Assembly (NCBI GenBank): GCA_030141605.1
Contig: JAQGDQ010000132.1
Location: forward strand, 62,001 to 126,000
Direction: 5' to 3'
Source of the DNA: Tubiluchus corallicola
Taxonomy: Eukaryota > Animalia > Priapulida
DNA length: 64,000 nt
This document shows, in pieces, positions 48,127 to 64,000 of the stretch; the first letter of the stretch is position 1, and each line of letters begins with the position of its first letter. The translations under genes and the position numbers were made by a program. The notes beneath the pieces were generated by a model. That model worked only from the letters and a program-made list of their open reading frames with translations. It had not been told where the DNA came from and searched no databases.

Positions 48127-50599
48127 AAAATACAAATGCACAGCAGCGTTAGTGCAAAAAGGCTGCTTTCGTAGCCAGTGAGAAAAAATTGTGCTTTCTG
48201 TGACTTAGAAAACGTTATTTTGAAATCTGTATACAGTGTACAGAATGTTTTGGTCATCTTGAATTTCTTGAACATAGTTTGTGCATGGAATACAGCTAAA
48301 GTTCATAGGAGATGTGAAAAGTTTTATTATCTGGCTGAACTATGTTCTCGTGACAGGTATCATACTTAGCTCATTCGTTCATACAAACTAATAATGGTAC
48401 TTGGAAAGCAATGTACAGCTAAATGTGTCCTACAGTTTTCTTTATTATTTAATGGAAATGATGCCAGTGCAAACAAATTTCTTTACTGTATGTTAGCTGT
48501 TTTGCCAGTTTATTGCCATTTTTACACTACTTATTAGGCTCAATAACTTAAGTAAAGTATTTAAGGTGATTACCAAAATTGTTGACTAAGATAGCGGTTT
48601 GTTTGTCCCATACATATGTACTTTTATAGACTAAATACCAGTGAAGGACTGAAGACAAAAGAATAAAGATAAGATCAAGTAAAAACAGTATGATAGGTCC
48701 ACCTCTGGCCTTGCAAATAAAGGAAGGTATTTGTAGACAATGGCCAGTTGCTTACTAAACAATAGGCAAAAATTGCTGCAAGGTGACTCAAAATTTCAAG
48801 TGTAAAAAATTGCAATGATGATTATGTTACTGTTTTATATTAAATTGTTAGCCTTTTTGTTAGTTGATGTACTTATGGAACTGGGAAATCTTTAAAATCT
48901 GTCAAATCTAAATGGTTTCTTTATTGAAATAGATTCTGGTTTGAGCAAACTTTCATGGTTTTGTCTGAGTATTGTGACAGCTGCTGAAGTTTATTAATGT
49001 TAGAGAGATCAGATGTTTTATGGAAACAATTTCGTACGAATCGGAATAGCTTTGAGAATCACGCGAAAAACTTTGAAAACTATAGTCTTCTGTTATGACT
49101 TGTTGTTTGTTCTTTTTTATACAGTTTTGCTCACTGCTAGCTAAAATCCAGTACTTGCTTGCAGAGTGCTTTTGAATGATTGTGGCAAGACTGGAACGTA
49201 GCTCATTATGAAGGATAACATTTTAAGATTAGACCTTAATATTCATTGATTTGGAATGTTACTCAAACCTGTACGTTATTTTTTCATTGTTACAGTTATG
49301 AAGGTGCTTTAACTTTCATCGTGTACATGTTAATTTATTATTAATTTTAGTGTTTGGAAGCTTACATTCTTTTTTCATTTCGGTATGACATTGAGCTTGT
49401 AAATAAGCCAGACTCTTTCTGTAATACTGTATGCGATTAGTAGAAATTGCAATACAACCTCGCTATGTATTTGTGCTAAATAATTAAGCAGTTATGAAAG
49501 TAGTGTATACAGTGTAGCAAGAAAAATCTCACGTTTGTTTCAAACTTACACAATATTTCTGTTTTGTTTGGTCTTTAGATATGCAGTGAAGTCATGTTTA
49601 GAAGGAAAATGCTTTCTGCTATTATTATCGTAACAAACAGAAAATAAATTTGTTTACAAATTTGTTATTAGTGGTGTTTTTCAAAACAAAAGTCTGACTT
49701 TCGCACCAAGATTTGTATTATAACTAACCACTTCTTTTAGTTGGAATTACCCAGATACAAGTTTTGTTTTTGCACAGATAACACTATCTGGAGGTCACTG
49801 GAATTTAGAGTTATTAAAACAAATAAAAATCTAACTTGATTTTTTTTCGAAAAAAATTTTCCTAGAAAAATAAATGGAGCTGTTTTAAACTGTTTTGATC
49901 CTAAATGAAATTTTGTAAAATCACAGAATATTCAGCTGCCTATTTCAAACTTTTGCTTTCATAGTTATCATTGTGACTGTGTATATTCAGGTCACTAACA
50001 TTGGACATTTATACCATTTGTGCTTGTCTCCCAATAAATTAGTTGAGACAGTAATACGCTAATACTTTAAAAAGTTGTCTTACCCTCTCAATGTGTAACA
50101 AATGCTCAGTTACAATTCCAATTCATTGTATTTGCACAGTTAGTATAAGGTACATTGACACAACACTCAAAACATGAAATAAGTGAAATAACACATAGAC
50201 ATAAAATTAATTCATAATAAGATTTGTGCAAGAGGTTATTTTTACACACTGGTTGCTTCATTCTTTTCTAACGTACTATAATTGTTCGTAAAAGTATCAT
50301 TGCATTTAGATATGCACATTGATGATTTTTCAAAATGAATTGTAAAAATTCTCGTGTGATTTAGTTTTAAAAAATTAATGTAAAATTACAGCACGATCAC
50401 GTTTGGGTAACAGAGAAATTATGAAAACTGGTGCCAGTTTTTTAACTTAAGCATTAAAGCCATAGATAATAATATTTGTACGTTGTGCATATATAGAGCT
50501 GCTGTATCATTTACTACAGTAACACTGTAACTGGAATCTGGTATATACATGTACGTCTAATCTAGTATCCGGAGTCATGTATCCTCTGACATGACCCTT

Positions 50600-51010
50600 G
50601 CTATCACTTTAGACCGCACAGCACTGTCACCCGCAATATCCCATGTCTCTGTATTTTTGATATTTAAAGATGTGTTGATAAGATCTTTTTAGATGAAATT
50701 GATGTAAGTCAGCAGCTGTCCTCCTTACAGTTTTCTTTTCTTTCTGCAATGCTTCTTAGAAACCTGATTTTAATGGTCTGTCATCTAGTAGTCATAAAAC
50801 ATGTCCTATGATACTCCTATCCATCTTAATCTTCTCCTTTTGATTTTAACTATCTATTCCTCTGCCTTTACTTTATTATACAGATCCTGGTTTGATATTT
50901 TCTTTGGCCATTTTATTCCTAGAATGTTCCTATAGTTCCATCTTTGAAATGCATCGATTTCTGATAGGTGATGTGCTTTGATTATCCACAGTTCTGAGTT
51001 GTGCACAGTT
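50600..51010 (-). mobile_element. RTE-clade LINE ORF C-terminal fragment, decayed
   Basis: Minus-strand translation HNSELWIIKAHHLSEIDAFQRWNYRNILGIKWPKKISNQDLYNKVKAEE*IVKIKRRRLRWIG..GHVL*LLDDRP matches the RTE SETW...ILxIxW...RRLRWxGHVxR signature; contains stops and a frameshift. Confidence 0.8.
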
Positions 51011-51149
51011 TCCACAAATATGCTGAATTTTGTTTCTAGACTGATCCTCTCAAAATTTTTTGTTAACTATCATGTGTACATCTACACATATGATTGAAAC
51101 ATTAATAAATGACCGAAAGGTGGAGCCACAAACTCTATATCTTATGAAA

Positions 51150-61689
<10,540 letters not shown>

Positions 61690-63254
61690 ACCAGGTTTTT
61701 TTACTATCATCATTGTTTTCGGTTTCTTTGTGATACATGAGATTGACTGTTTTATGTAGCATACTGTTTGATGTGTAGGAAGTGATTGTAAGTTATGGCA
61801 CACTTGTTGTATTCTATAGTTTTGGTTTTTTACCTGCATAATTTTTCAAAGAACTGCATTTAGTAAACTAAATCCAAGCTTAGAAATGTGATTTTTTGTA
61901 AAAGCTAAGCGATACTCAGTTAAGCTTTTATGTATTTGGTGCACATTGCAACAGTTGTAAAATTGGTAGATCTCTCTTGGTATTGACGTGCCAATAGGTT
62001 TTTTAAAGTGATTGCAAGGAAACTTGACTTGATGCAGAGTAGCTGACTATCCTCGCACCTTGCAAATTACTTGTGCATGTATTTACTGCCAAACATTCCT
62101 AGCATGTATGAAAATGTCAGTTTGTATTGTTTTTGGTGCCAAAGAAGTGTTAATATTAGAGGATTTCTCATGCAATTTTTTGGATTTTAACTTTCCTGTC
62201 TGAATTGATATATTTCTTGAAAACTTAATAAATGATCACTGCAGTTCCCCGATATTCTTTAAGGATTTGCAGATTTACCTGTCTGTAGTAGCCAAAAATT
62301 CTGGGTGGCACCGGTAACCAGTTCTTTTCACCAAAAACATTTTTGGTTATACTAGGTAGTATTTTCAGTATGTGAGTATCTGCAACTTCTAATAACATGA
62401 CATTACTGTATAACAGCCATATAAACAGTGTATTTACATATACACAACACTTCATGGTTTAAAGTGTTTAGTATAACTTGCTTGGCATTTAAAGAATTTG
62501 AAATACTGATTTGTGATGTAGTAATACATTAAATATGTAAAAATGTTGTGCACTTAGATGTATCGTTATTTTTTATCTACTTCCACTGTTTATTTTAGTG
62601 TTAAATTTCATTTATTATATTCACTCCATCTTGTGCTAACTGTAAAGTTATTAAATGAAAAGTCTTACAGTTTTTTGGACTGGAATTTAGTTTTAGCTAC
62701 CTCCCAATCTTGGTTAGTGTGAACATTATATAGATTATGCAATTTTTCCATCAGGGTTCGAACAAAAATCCTTTACTGGCTCTGTAGTTCTTTGTGCAAA
62801 CCATTTTCATCTTTTACTTGACACTTACAATTAAACAGGAGATAAAGAACGGTAGCTTAAACTGGCTAAATTCTCCCAAAAAATATTTTCACCTGCAACA
62901 GAAATTAAAATGCCGCAATTTAAAATGGCATTGTCAGTTACAATTAGTGTTCCAAAACAGGACAAACTTTGTAAATTCAAATTGTGATTTATAGATTTGA
63001 GTCTTCAGCTGAATTTGGGTATCTATAATTATTTTGTTTTGACCAATAGCACCGATTTTGTTGCTGGTTTTCGTACAAGTAACGTTTTGAGTTTTGTATT
63101 TCACTCTGTAACTTGTGAAGTGTATGGCAACTTTCTATTCTTAATGCAATAAAATATATTTCTTAAGACTCAAGACAAAAATGTGTTTTGATTACACAAA
63201 GTGTATGGCAAACATCTGGGAACGTCTGGGAAACAGGCATGTCAAGAACTGTAA

Positions 63255-63668
63255 AAGTAGACTTGGGTCGACTTTGCGACGCAACGCAACTGAGAGCAAC
63301 TGAAGATTCGGCAACCGGCGGCATATGATACGCCGCTAGTTTCAAGTATGTCCAGTCAATATAAGCAAGCTTAAAATGCAACGCAACTCAGTTCCAGCAA
63401 GTTGCTCATATTCTACTCGCAGCATATGCTATCCACCCAGTTTTAACCTGAGCATTGTTCAACAGTGACCGTGGGTTTGGTTACATGGTTTCATCAGAGA
63501 TTTTTTTCCTTCGCATATGCTTGTTCATCGTCGACCTGTTGTAACTCGCAGGAACTTGTGTCTTCCTAGTTGCTGGAAATCAGTCGCAGTCGACCTGAGC
63601 AGTATCTATGACAGTTTCCTGTCAGTTGAGACGAGTTGTGTTGCAGCGCAGGTTGATCCAAGCTTGGC
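63255..63668. mobile_element. Harbinger-like MITE, degenerate
   Basis: Imperfect TIR CTTGGGTCGACTTTGCGACGCAACGCAACT / AGTTGTGTTGCAGCGCAGGTTGATCCAAG, flanked by TAA/TTA. Confidence 0.5.
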
Positions 63669-64000
63669 TTAAGAAAACGTGCATGTATCAATAAAAATAC
63701 TAAATGCAGTCAAGTAAGTAAAATGGTCAAATCACCACTCCAAATATATTTAATTCCCCTGGTAGTAAATTATACAGCAGTGAACACGTACTACATTACA
63801 GGAAGTACTACTGTTGCACCGGTTGAGCAATAAACGAAGCCAAAACACTAGTGGTTTTAACAACCTAACCAAGTACGCTTTGGTTACTTCACACACCAAA
63901 ATAGGTAGTAATTATCCGTTTATGTCGCTATTCGTCAATTGGTGCTACAGCAGTACACACACATATTAGATTGCGCAAAGCACATAACAGTAATTTTTCC

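Overview
AT-rich, intron-containing genomic DNA of an invertebrate animal (probably a bilaterian; species not determinable from this sequence). Manual exon stitching on both strands gives four complete protein-coding genes: (1) a 3-exon vitamin K epoxide reductase (VKORC1/VKORC1L1 family, + strand, 1167-2485, 155 aa); (2) an 11-exon ERK5/MAPK7 (- strand, 18327-5566, about 1066 aa) with one GC-AG intron; (3) a 23-exon DDB1 (+, 23460-48126, about 1139 aa); (4) a 12-exon RUVBL2/reptin (+, about 51150-61689, about 463 aa). Introns and spacers carry many MITEs (hAT-, Mutator-, piggyBac-, Tc1/mariner- and Harbinger-like), a 2.7 kb TIR element with a transposase-like exon (possibly Sola3), tRNA-derived SINEs (Meta-domain type), LINE fragments (L2/CR1-like, RTE-like) and simple repeats. 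There is a 5-N gap at 22846-22850. The most unusual signal is the ERK5. Its catalytic motifs are intact, but it has a T-H-Y activation motif instead of T-E-Y, both canonical CD-docking aspartates are replaced, and a duplicated splice acceptor could delete its transactivation tail. I found no rRNA, tRNA gene or CRISPR array, and no multi-gene novel system that the sequence alone proves.
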